A DNA stretch of 64,000 bases, taken from Patescibacteria group bacterium (GTDB taxonomy: Bacteria > Patescibacteriota > Patescibacteriia > SG8-24 > DYFX01). The notes beneath the pieces are model-generated. The model was not told the origin of the DNA. It ran no database searches and worked only from the letters and a program-made list of their open reading frames with translations. Shown here piece after piece: positions 8,207 to 16,068 of this stretch. The stretch is from the NCBI GenBank assembly GCA_038062835.1, contig JBBTWH010000006.1:60-64059 (forward strand). The letters are read 5' to 3'. Position 1 is the first letter of the stretch. Every line of letters begins with the position of its first letter. A program made the translations under genes and the position numbers.

Positions 8207-9973
8207 CTACATCTCCTCCGGTGCCGAGAAACCCAGGAGCGCCATGCCGCGGACGAGCGCGGCGTCGGCGGCTTCGAGCAGCCGCAGCCGCGCGGCGCGG
8301 TCCTCCTTCGAAGCGGCGAGCACCTGCGCCTTCTCGTAGAGCGCGGCGACCGCCTTGGCGATGTCGTAAATCTGCGCGGCGACGAGCGAGGGTCGCGAGG
8401 ATTGGGCGGCGCGGTGGACGGCTTCGGGGAAGCGCGCGACGGACCAGGCCAAGCGGAACTCGGATTCTTTTTCGGATTCTGGGTCCCCCGCCTTCGCGGG
8501 GGGTGACATGTGGGACGCGGGGGGGGACACGGAGGAGGGCGCGGTTTCGGCGGCCTTCCGCATGATGCTGCGGATGCGGGCGTGCATGTATTGGAGGTAC
8601 GGGCCCGTCTTGCCGGTGAAGGACAGCGAGGCTTTCGGGTCGTAGACCATGTCGGAAGCGATGTCGACCTCGAGGAAGTGGAACTTCACGGCGGCGAGCG
8701 CGACCTGGCGCGAACGGCGGACGAGCTCATCGTCGGTGAGCGTCGGATGGCGCTGGCGGATCTCCAGCGCGGCGTCGGCCTCGAGCGCGGTCAGCAGGTC
8801 GTCAGCGTCGACGACGGTGCCTTCGCGCGACTTCATGCGCCCTTCCGGCAGGGTGACGTAGCCGTAGGAAAGGTGCTCGAGTTTCGTCGCCCACGGGTAG
8901 CCGGCGAGTTCCAGGATCTTGAAGAGCTGGCGCATCTGGAGGTTCTGCTCGTTGCCGACGACGTACAGCGAGCGGTCGAGGCCGTAGTCCTCGAACTTCT
9001 TCTTGGCGAGATAGAGGTCCTGGGTGATGTAGAGCGCGGTGCCGTTGGAGCGCAGGAGGACCTTGTCGGGCATGCCGTACGGTTCGAGCTTCGCCTCGAC
9101 GTGGCCGTCCTCTCCCTTCATGAACGCGCCCTTGGCGACGCCTTCCTCGACGATGGCTTTGCCTTCCGTATAGATCTCGCTCTCCTTGTAGACGGCGTCG
9201 AAATGAAAACCGAAGCGCGCGTACGTCTCATGCTGGCCGCCGACGCACCATTCCCCCATCGTCTTCCAGAGCGCGCGGGTCTCGGCGTCGCCTTCTTCCC
9301 ATTTCTGGACGACAGACTGCGCTTCCTCTTCGAGGCCCGCTTCGCCGGCCTTCAGCTTCGATTCGAACATCACGTACCACTCGGCGACGAAGTGGTCGCC
9401 TTTCATGCCGGACGATTCGGGCGTCTTTCCTTCGCCCCATTTGGCGTACGCGACCATCGCCTTGGCGATGGCCAGGCCGCGGTCGTTCAGGATCATCGAG
9501 CGGACGACTTCGTGGCCTTGCGATTCAAGCAGCGCCGAGACCGATTCGCCGATCAGTCCGTTGCGGACGTGGCCGAGGTGGAGCGGCTTGTTGTTGTTGG
9601 GGCTGATGAACTCGACCATGACCTTCTCGTCGTGGCCGACCTTGCGGTCGCCGAAGCGCGCGCCGGTCTCGAGCGCTTCTTCGGTCGCTTTCGCGATGAC
9701 GGCGTCGCGGTCCAGGAAGAAGTTCAGGTAGGGGCCTTTCGCTTCCGCGCGCGCGAAGCCTTCCGGCAGGGAAATCGCGGCGGAGATTTCGGCGGCGATG
9801 GCCGCCGGCGCCTTCTTCAGATGCTTCGCCAGCGTGAAACACGGGAACGCCAGGTCCCCGTTCTCCGGCAGTTCAGGATATTCGAGCAGATGCTCGTGCA
9901 GGTCCGCGCCCGCCGCGGCGGAAAGCGCCGAGGCGAGATCGGAGCGGAGTTTTTCGATGAGGTACATGGACAT
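8207..9973 (-). CDS. argS: arginine--tRNA ligase
   Basis: SPNNNKPLHLGH, MKSREG, GPYLQY, C-terminal EEM. Confidence 0.97.
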   Translation of the reverse strand: MSMYLIEKLRSDLASALSAAAGADLHEHLLEYPELPENGDLAFPCFTLAKHLKKAPAAIAAEISAAISLPEGFARAEAKGPYLNFFLDRDAVIAKATEEALETGARFGDRKVGHDEKVMVEFISPNNNKPLHLGHVRNGLIGESVSALLESQGHEVVRSMILNDRGLAIAKAMVAYAKWGEGKTPESSGMKGDHFVAEWYVMFESKLKAGEAGLEEEAQSVVQKWEEGDAETRALWKTMGEWCVGGQHETYARFGFHFDAVYKESEIYTEGKAIVEEGVAKGAFMKGEDGHVEAKLEPYGMPDKVLLRSNGTALYITQDLYLAKKKFEDYGLDRSLYVVGNEQNLQMRQLFKILELAGYPWATKLEHLSYGYVTLPEGRMKSREGTVVDADDLLTALEADAALEIRQRHPTLTDDELVRRSRQVALAAVKFHFLEVDIASDMVYDPKASLSFTGKTGPYLQYMHARIRSIMRKAAETAPSSVSPPASHMSPPAKAGDPESEKESEFRLAWSVARFPEAVHRAAQSSRPSLVAAQIYDIAKAVAALYEKAQVLAASKEDRAARLRLLEAADAALVRGMALLGFSAPEEM

Positions 9974-10064
9974 GTCATCCCGGCGAAAGCCGGGATCCAG
10001 TTCAATACGCGACGTTATAAAGGTTCCTGGATGTACTGGGCCCCGGCTTTCGCCGGGGTGACAT
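9972..10064. repeat. paired palindromic (dRS3/REP-like) element
   Basis: GTCATCCCGGCGAAAGCCGGGATCCAG - 35 bp - CTGGGCCCCGGCTTTCGCCGGGGTGAC. Confidence 0.8.
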
Positions 10065-11269
10065 CACTTTTTCTTCATCAGTCGAACGAAGTACAGCTTA
10101 CCCTTCTGGAGGATGCTGCCCTTTTCAGGCGGGCGAATCTCCATGGAAGGATCATCGATCTTCTTGCCATCAATCTTGACGCCGCCGCTCTCGATGTCAC
10201 GACGAGCCTGCGAGTTCGAGAGGCCGAACGCTTTTGCGACGACTTCGGTCGAAGTCCGGACGCCATCCACGACAAAAATCTTGAGCGTATCAGGGCTCGG
10301 CATCTCGCCTTTCTGGAAGCGGGCCTTGAAAGAAGCTTCGGCGTCGTCCGTGGCTTTCGCGCCGTGATACATGGCGACGAGGCGTTTGGCGAGGCGCATC
10401 TTCACGTCGCGCGGGTTCTCCCCTTTCTTGAGCGCGGCCTTCTCCTGCCCGATCTCTTCCTTCGTATAATCGGCGGCGAGTTCCAGCCAGTTGTCGAGCG
10501 CGAAATCGGGGACCGACATCGTCTTGCCGAACATCTCGTCGGCGGAATCCATCACGCCGATGGTGTTGCCGAGCGACTTCGACATCTTCTCCTTGCCATC
10601 GGTACCGACGAGGATCTCGGTCGTCATCACGTCCTGAGGGATCATCCCCTTCTTGCTCATGAGAGCGCGGCCGGCGAGCATGTTGAAGGTCTGGTCGGTG
10701 GCGCCGATCTCGACGTCGGTCTTGAGCGCGATGGAATCGTAGGCCTGAAGCATCGGGTAGAGCAGCTCATGCATGTGGACGTCGGTGCCGGACGCGAGGC
10801 GTTTCTTGAAATCATCGCGCTCGATGATGCGGGCGACCGTGAACGACGCGCAGAGCGAGACGAAATCCACGGCCTTCATCTTACCGAGCCATTCGGAGTT
10901 GTAGCGGACTTCGACTTTCTTCACGTCGAGCACCTTGCCGACCTGCTTGAGGTACGTCTTGGCGTTCTCCTTGATCTCCTTGTCGGAGAGCATCGGGCGC
11001 GCCTTGGACTTGCCGGTCGGGTCGCCGATCTTGGCGGTGAAGTCACCGATCAGGAAGACGACCTCGTGACCCAAGTCCTGGAAGGCCCGGAGCTTGCGGA
11101 GCAGGACGGCGTGGCCGATGTGGAGGTCCGGGCGCGAAGGGTCGGCGCCGAGCTTGATGCGCAGCTTCCGGCCGGAGCGGAGCTTCTTCTCAAGGCTCTC
11201 GCGTACGATGACGTCGGCGACCTGGTGGGTCAGGAGATGGGAAATTTTCTGATCGATGTCGGGTTTCAT
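10064..11269 (-). CDS. tyrS: tyrosine--tRNA ligase
   Basis: GADPSRPDLHIGH, KMSKS, C-terminal S4 domain. Confidence 0.97.
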   Translation of the reverse strand: MKPDIDQKISHLLTHQVADVIVRESLEKKLRSGRKLRIKLGADPSRPDLHIGHAVLLRKLRAFQDLGHEVVFLIGDFTAKIGDPTGKSKARPMLSDKEIKENAKTYLKQVGKVLDVKKVEVRYNSEWLGKMKAVDFVSLCASFTVARIIERDDFKKRLASGTDVHMHELLYPMLQAYDSIALKTDVEIGATDQTFNMLAGRALMSKKGMIPQDVMTTEILVGTDGKEKMSKSLGNTIGVMDSADEMFGKTMSVPDFALDNWLELAADYTKEEIGQEKAALKKGENPRDVKMRLAKRLVAMYHGAKATDDAEASFKARFQKGEMPSPDTLKIFVVDGVRTSTEVVAKAFGLSNSQARRDIESGGVKIDGKKIDDPSMEIRPPEKGSILQKGKLYFVRLMKKK

Positions 11270-11352
11270 ACTTCAAGAATGTAGCGGTTGCGACCTAAAA
11301 AAACAACCCTCCAGCGCCTGACGGCTTCGGAGGGCAGGCCCCTTGTCGGGGA

Positions 11353-11739
11353 TCAGTTGGAGAGGCCGTCGTCCTTGGAGGCGCGGCGCCGGAGGAGCAG
11401 GTATGCCTGGCTGAGCGGATGCTCGGCTTCGCCCGAGAGCGGGTTCCATCTGAGGATCACGCGTTCGTCGCCCCAGATGAGGGCGTAGGTCCAGTCGGTG
11501 CCGCTGGCGTCAGTGCGGCCGACGAAGGCGAAGTTCGATCCGGCGACGCGGCCGCGGAACGCCTCGGCGCGGAAGCCGGAGGCGGGAATCGACGGCTCAT
11601 AGGCCTCGACGACGAACGGGCCTTCGCGGAGCGCGGCGAGGAAGCGCTCGGAGAGCCGACGGTTGACTCGGCGATCGGCGACGTAGGCGCTGGCGATGGC
11701 GGTCGCGGCGGCTCCAAGGAGCCAGTAGAACACTCGCAT
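11353..11739 (-). CDS. hypothetical protein, N-terminal TM
   Basis: SD AAAGGAGG; hydrophobic N-terminus. Confidence 0.7.
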   Translation of the reverse strand: MRVFYWLLGAAATAIASAYVADRRVNRRLSERFLAALREGPFVVEAYEPSIPASGFRAEAFRGRVAGSNFAFVGRTDASGTDWTYALIWGDERVILRWNPLSGEAEHPLSQAYLLLRRRASKDDGLSN

Positions 11740-11813
11740 GATCGGCCTCCTTTCAAATGATCCGCTTTCACGTTCTCATGACACGCGCTTGCCCGTCAAA
11801 GAAAAAGAGGCCT

Positions 11814-12260
11814 CTAAGAGGCCTCGCTATCGGGTTCGACCATCGGATATTTCTTCCGCAGCGCGCGGTAGATCCCGACAAACGGATGTCCGCCATCCTT
11901 GGACGTCTTGATCTCAGCATAGAACATCTCGCGTCCGGAACCGTCAAAGGCGTCACCGTGACCGAGGAAGAGGTGGTACCCTTCGGTGTCCCGGAAAGGA
12001 CGAAAGAGCCGGGTCAGGCAGAACGGCAGCGCGCCGGCCGTGCCGGTGAAGCTGTCGAGGAAGCCGCGGCCAATCGACGATTCTAAACGGAAGAACTCAG
12101 CGCGCAACTGGCCGTCGGCGGCGGCGTGCAGGAACGCACGCATCAGCAATCGGCGGTTCCGCCAGCGGCGGACGGTCTTGGGCGTCGGCAGGAGCTTGAA
12201 GGGGCCGACCAGGCCGAAGCACATCGCGATGAGGTAGATGAAACGGCCGACCTTACGCAT
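11814..12260 (-). CDS. hypothetical protein, N-terminal TM
   Basis: SD GGGAGG before MRKVGRF; overlaps upstream stop. Confidence 0.65.
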   Translation of the reverse strand: MRKVGRFIYLIAMCFGLVGPFKLLPTPKTVRRWRNRRLLMRAFLHAAADGQLRAEFFRLESSIGRGFLDSFTGTAGALPFCLTRLFRPFRDTEGYHLFLGHGDAFDGSGREMFYAEIKTSKDGGHPFVGIYRALRKKYPMVEPDSEAS

Positions 12261-12801
12261 GATGCCTCCCTTGCGACCGCAGGCGCGCCTCGCGCCTATG
12301 GCCGCGTTCGTCGAAGTACGAGACGTGGAGGCCGCCGACGCGGAGATCCTCGAGTCCGGCGAAGTACGCATCCCAGCGCACCTGCGTGACGGGCGTTTCC
12401 ATGGACGCGGAGGCAGCGATGGCGCCATCGACGTAGACGCACAGGACCGTGTGGAGCGTCTTGCCAACGCGCCGCTGGGTCTCGACGTACAGGAGGCGCC
12501 CGAAGGCGTCGCCGGTCGAACGCACCAGCGCCGTCTCGTAGGACATGACCAGGGCCTCGGAGATCGTGGTCACGTGGGGCTGGGTGGAGTACGCCATCGC
12601 CTCGCGGGCGATGCGGTTGAACTCCGCTTCATCGAGCCTCGGAGAGAAGCTCGGTGGCGGCTTTTCCGCCTCATCGCCCTTCGGGAAGAGGTCCTCATGG
12701 AGGAGCGCCCCGAGCGTCAGCGCCAGAGGTATCAGGTACAGGAATAGTAGGACGTACAAACCCGCAAGGACCGCGACGATGACGAGAATGAGCTTCAGCA
12801 T
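12253..12801 (-). CDS. hypothetical protein, N-terminal TM
   Basis: SD AAGGAGG before MLKLIL; promoter TTGACC-17-TAGCTT. Confidence 0.7.
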   Translation of the reverse strand: MLKLILVIVAVLAGLYVLLFLYLIPLALTLGALLHEDLFPKGDEAEKPPPSFSPRLDEAEFNRIAREAMAYSTQPHVTTISEALVMSYETALVRSTGDAFGRLLYVETQRRVGKTLHTVLCVYVDGAIAASASMETPVTQVRWDAYFAGLEDLRVGGLHVSYFDERGHRREARLRSQGRHHA

Positions 12802-12851
12802 CCAGACCTCCTTTGCTGAACGCCTCAAGCTAACAAAAAACCGGCCTCAGG

Positions 12852-13373
12852 TCAAGCCTGGGCCGGCGCGGTCGTGTCGGACACGGGAGATTCAAGGGGG
12901 TCGACGTGGCGCGCGGCCGCCGATTCCGCATCCGAGGCGGGCACCGACAGTTCCGGCGCGGACGGGAGTTCCCCGCGCGCCGCCTTGAGCAGAGACTGGA
13001 TCGACGCGACCGGGATGGCGTTCCCGACGAAGGTCGCTTCGACGCGGAGCGTGCGGACGCCCGTCTTCGGCTGATGCAGCTCATAGAGCACCCACCATCG
13101 GAGCCGCATCCGGCTCGTGTCGAGGATGAGCGACAGCCTGCGCTCGCCGTATCGTACGTTGAACATCGTATCGTGCGCGCGATCCTCGTCGGACCGCAGC
13201 GGCGAGCTGAACGCGATCTCCCGTGCGGCGACGGGATCGGCGAGCAGGCGGACGAGGTCAGCCATCTCGCCGAGAATCTTTCTTCGGTCACGGAGGCGCA
13301 GGCGCCGCGCCCTCACGAGCGCGAAGGCGGCGAACGACAGGGCGATGCAGATGAGAACGATCAGAAACCACAT
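12852..13373 (-). CDS. hypothetical membrane-anchored protein, paralog of 14258-14719
   Basis: Shared LADP, SDxDRAH, LSxILDT, YEL, TFVG, IPVxSIQ, LLKAAxGEL. Confidence 0.8.
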   Translation of the reverse strand: MWFLIVLICIALSFAAFALVRARRLRLRDRRKILGEMADLVRLLADPVAAREIAFSSPLRSDEDRAHDTMFNVRYGERRLSLILDTSRMRLRWWVLYELHQPKTGVRTLRVEATFVGNAIPVASIQSLLKAARGELPSAPELSVPASDAESAAARHVDPLESPVSDTTAPAQA

Positions 13374-13897
13374 GGGCCATCCTCCTTGTCGAGCTTATCC
13401 CAATCGACCATCTCCACCACGAGCTCCCGATCGCGTCGGGCGCGGAGGAGAACCTCGGGCGGGTAGGCGTCGAGCAGGCGGAAGAGCTTCTCCATCCGCT
13501 CGACGAACCACGGGCTCCGGCAGGCGCGGCCGTAGCCGGGCAGGCGGTCGTCGACCAGCGCAGGGTGCTTGAAATCGATGGCGTAGATCCACGCGCCTGA
13601 CTTCATGAAGTACGGGCGGCGCATCGAGACATGCAGATGCGTGTAATCCTCGAAGTAGATGAAGCACGAGCGCCGCCTGACCACGCCATCATCATCCCGC
13701 AAACCGAGACGACCCAGACTCTCGAACGGCGGATCGCGCTTCTCGGCCTGCGCGATGATGCGGTCGAGAAGCGGCAGAAGCACGTCCTTGACGGCCCGTC
13801 CCTCGCTCCAACCTTTGTAGCGAAGGTACGCGAGCATGGACCCGGGAACGACGGAGAAGCCGAAGGCGGCGGCGGCGACGGACGTGAGGATCGGCAT
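13361..13897 (-). CDS. hypothetical protein, N-terminal TM
   Basis: SD AAAGGGG; promoter TTGACC-17-TAGCCT. Confidence 0.65.
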   Translation of the reverse strand: MPILTSVAAAAFGFSVVPGSMLAYLRYKGWSEGRAVKDVLLPLLDRIIAQAEKRDPPFESLGRLGLRDDDGVVRRRSCFIYFEDYTHLHVSMRRPYFMKSGAWIYAIDFKHPALVDDRLPGYGRACRSPWFVERMEKLFRLLDAYPPEVLLRARRDRELVVEMVDWDKLDKEDGPCGF

Positions 13898-13966
13898 GAT
13901 GAACCCCTTTCGGAAGGTGCTGAGGCGAGGCTAACGAAAAAGCCGCCCCGGGTCAAGGGGCGGCGG

Positions 13967-14167
13967 TCAGGGCGGTCCGCAGCGGAAATCGTGCCGCTTC
14001 GGTGCCGGCGGTGGCGACGTCGAAGGCCAGCGCGACGGCTTCGGCGGCGGCGGCGCCACGCATGGGCCGGTACCCGAGGTCGGCGTACGGCTCCCGAAGA
14101 GGAGGAGGAGCACGAGAAGGGCGACGAAGGCGCTGACGATGACGATGAACAGTGAGGCGACGGACAT
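13967..14167 (-). CDS. small membrane protein with Pro-rich tail
   Basis: SD AAGGAG before MSVASLF; one TM helix. Confidence 0.6.
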   Translation of the reverse strand: MSVASLFIVIVSAFVALLVLLLLFGSRTPTSGTGPCVAPPPPKPSRWPSTSPPPAPKRHDFRCGPP

Positions 14168-14205
14168 GGGAACTCCTTCCGATGGGATGGAGACGAAGAT
14201 ATACG

Positions 14206-14238
14206 AAAAACCGGCTTCCGTCAAGGAAGCCGGTCTTA
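14206..14238 (-). promoter_or_regulatory. terminator hairpin with a -35 box in its loop (33-bp repeat copy 1)
   Basis: Identical to 14758-14790; TTGACG-17-TATCTT. Confidence 0.7.
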
Positions 14239-14257
14239 CCACTTCTGACGAGAGCGT

Positions 14258-14719
14258 CTAGTTGGGGTCGACGGGCGCGGAGACTGTCGGTTCCGGCGCG
14301 GGCAGGAGTTCCCCGTGAGCCGCCTTGAGCAGAGCTTGGATGGACTCGACTGGGATGTCGTCCCCGACGAATGTCTCTCGGACGCGACTGAGGATAAGGA
14401 CGACATTATTCTCCCGATGCTGCAGCTCGTACATGACCGACCAACGGACGTGCCGGCGGCGCGTGTCTAGGATGAACGACAGCTGGCGCTGGCCATGCCG
14501 CGCGGTGAATATCGCGGCGTGCGCGCGGTCGTCATCGGACAGGAGCGGCGGCGTGAGAATGACTTCGCCCGCGCTGGCGGGATCGGCGAGCATGCGGACG
14601 AAGTCCTTCATGAAGTAGCGTAGCATCAGGCGTCGGGAGCGGCTAAGACTACGGTTCAGCTTAATTACGCTGGCGAAGTAGAACGACGCGATGACGACGA
14701 GAGCGAGGATGAACCACAT
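14258..14719 (-). CDS. hypothetical membrane-anchored protein, paralog of 12852-13373
   Basis: SD AAGGAGG before MWFILAL; shared motifs with paralog. Confidence 0.8.
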   Translation of the reverse strand: MWFILALVVIASFYFASVIKLNRSLSRSRRLMLRYFMKDFVRMLADPASAGEVILTPPLLSDDDRAHAAIFTARHGQRQLSFILDTRRRHVRWSVMYELQHRENNVVLILSRVRETFVGDDIPVESIQALLKAAHGELLPAPEPTVSAPVDPN

Positions 14720-14757
14720 GCGGACCTCCTTCAAGGTGCTGAAGGCTAAGCTAAACC

Positions 14758-14790
14758 AAAAACCGGCTTCCGTCAAGGAAGCCGGTCTTA
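14758..14790 (-). promoter_or_regulatory. terminator hairpin with a -35 box in its loop (33-bp repeat copy 2)
   Basis: Identical to 14206-14238; TTGACG-17-TAGCTT. Confidence 0.7.
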
Positions 14791-14799
14791 TCGGCGCGT

Positions 14800-15945
14800 T
14801 CAGTCGTGGAAGGTGATCGTGCAGGTCTTCTCTTCGCCGTTGCGGACGGCGACGGTCCCTTGCGCGGCGCAGTCGCCGCCCCAGACGGAGGCGGTGTACC
14901 CCGGCGGCACGACTCGATAGAGCGTGTAATCATCGGCCCTTATGGAGGACGGAAAACCGCTGACGACCTGCATGCTCCCGATGAACAGCTGGACGTCGCG
15001 ATCGGTGAGGCGTCCGCCGCGCGTGTTCCGGACCGACGCGGAAATCGTCAGCATCGGCGGGCGGTTGGACAGCGCGCCGTATATCGAGTCCGGGACGTCG
15101 TCGAAAACGATGAAGCAGGCGCGGGTCTCGTCGGCGGGGACGGTGACGACGCCGTCCGGCGAGCAATCGCCTGACCAGGCCGAGATCTTATAGCCGGGAA
15201 GCTTGCCGTGGTACAGCGTGTAGCTGCCGGGCATGACGTTGACGCCTTCCTGCGGCATCACGAGCGACTCGCCGACGAAGTAGTCGACGTCGCCCTCCTT
15301 GGCGGATCCGCCGTTGTCGTTGATGACGGTCGGCAGGATGATGATGCGCGTCTGGGATTTCGGCGCGGCCGTGAACGCGAGCGACGCGACGGAAGCCGGC
15401 TTCGGGGCCGCGAACATGGCCGCGGCGATACGGCGGACGCGGACGTCCTGCAGGTCGGCGGAGGCGTCGCGCTCGGCCTTCCACCAATACTGGTCAGGGC
15501 CGGTCACGGCGGAACCGCGACCGTATTCGGCCAGGGCGGCGTCAGGCAGGACGGCGACCTTGCGGTTCCAGTCGTCGCCGTATATCACGCGCGCCACGGA
15601 TTCGCCCGCGAGCCAGCGCAAGGCGCCGTCGCGGTCGATGGCGTAGACGCGAGACTCGCTCGCGCCCTTGACCGGACGGATTCCGGGACGCAGCGGCGCG
15701 ACGCCGGCGAAAGGAAGTTTCGCCAGCTCGGCGTCGGAAACGGTGCGGACGGCGGAAAAATCCGGATACCAGGTCCGGTAGGTCTGCTCATCGAGGAATG
15801 CCACGCGCTGGCGATCGCCGGTGACGTAATAGACCGTGGGACCGGAACCTTTCACCGCTTCGCCGACATTGACGGCGGCGCTGGCCGACGGAACGGCCGA
15901 CAGCGAAACAACGGCCAGCATCGCGATAATAAGGCTCTTTTTCAT
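14800..15945 (-). CDS. secreted/surface protein with two C-terminal Ig-like repeats
   Basis: Signal peptide; TVYYV...RVAF...YRTWYPDF domain common in CPR; two PGY..S.W.GDC...C repeats. Confidence 0.75.
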   Translation of the reverse strand: MKKSLIIAMLAVVSLSAVPSASAAVNVGEAVKGSGPTVYYVTGDRQRVAFLDEQTYRTWYPDFSAVRTVSDAELAKLPFAGVAPLRPGIRPVKGASESRVYAIDRDGALRWLAGESVARVIYGDDWNRKVAVLPDAALAEYGRGSAVTGPDQYWWKAERDASADLQDVRVRRIAAAMFAAPKPASVASLAFTAAPKSQTRIIILPTVINDNGGSAKEGDVDYFVGESLVMPQEGVNVMPGSYTLYHGKLPGYKISAWSGDCSPDGVVTVPADETRACFIVFDDVPDSIYGALSNRPPMLTISASVRNTRGGRLTDRDVQLFIGSMQVVSGFPSSIRADDYTLYRVVPPGYTASVWGGDCAAQGTVAVRNGEEKTCTITFHD

Positions 15946-16068
15946 GGTATTTCTGGGTTATTGCGAGAAATATCGACGAGCAAGCATAGCACGATAAAGC
16001 GGTTTTGTCAATGATTACTGGCACGCGCGACGAAAAAACCGCCCGGGGGATCCAGACGGTTCTTGTCG

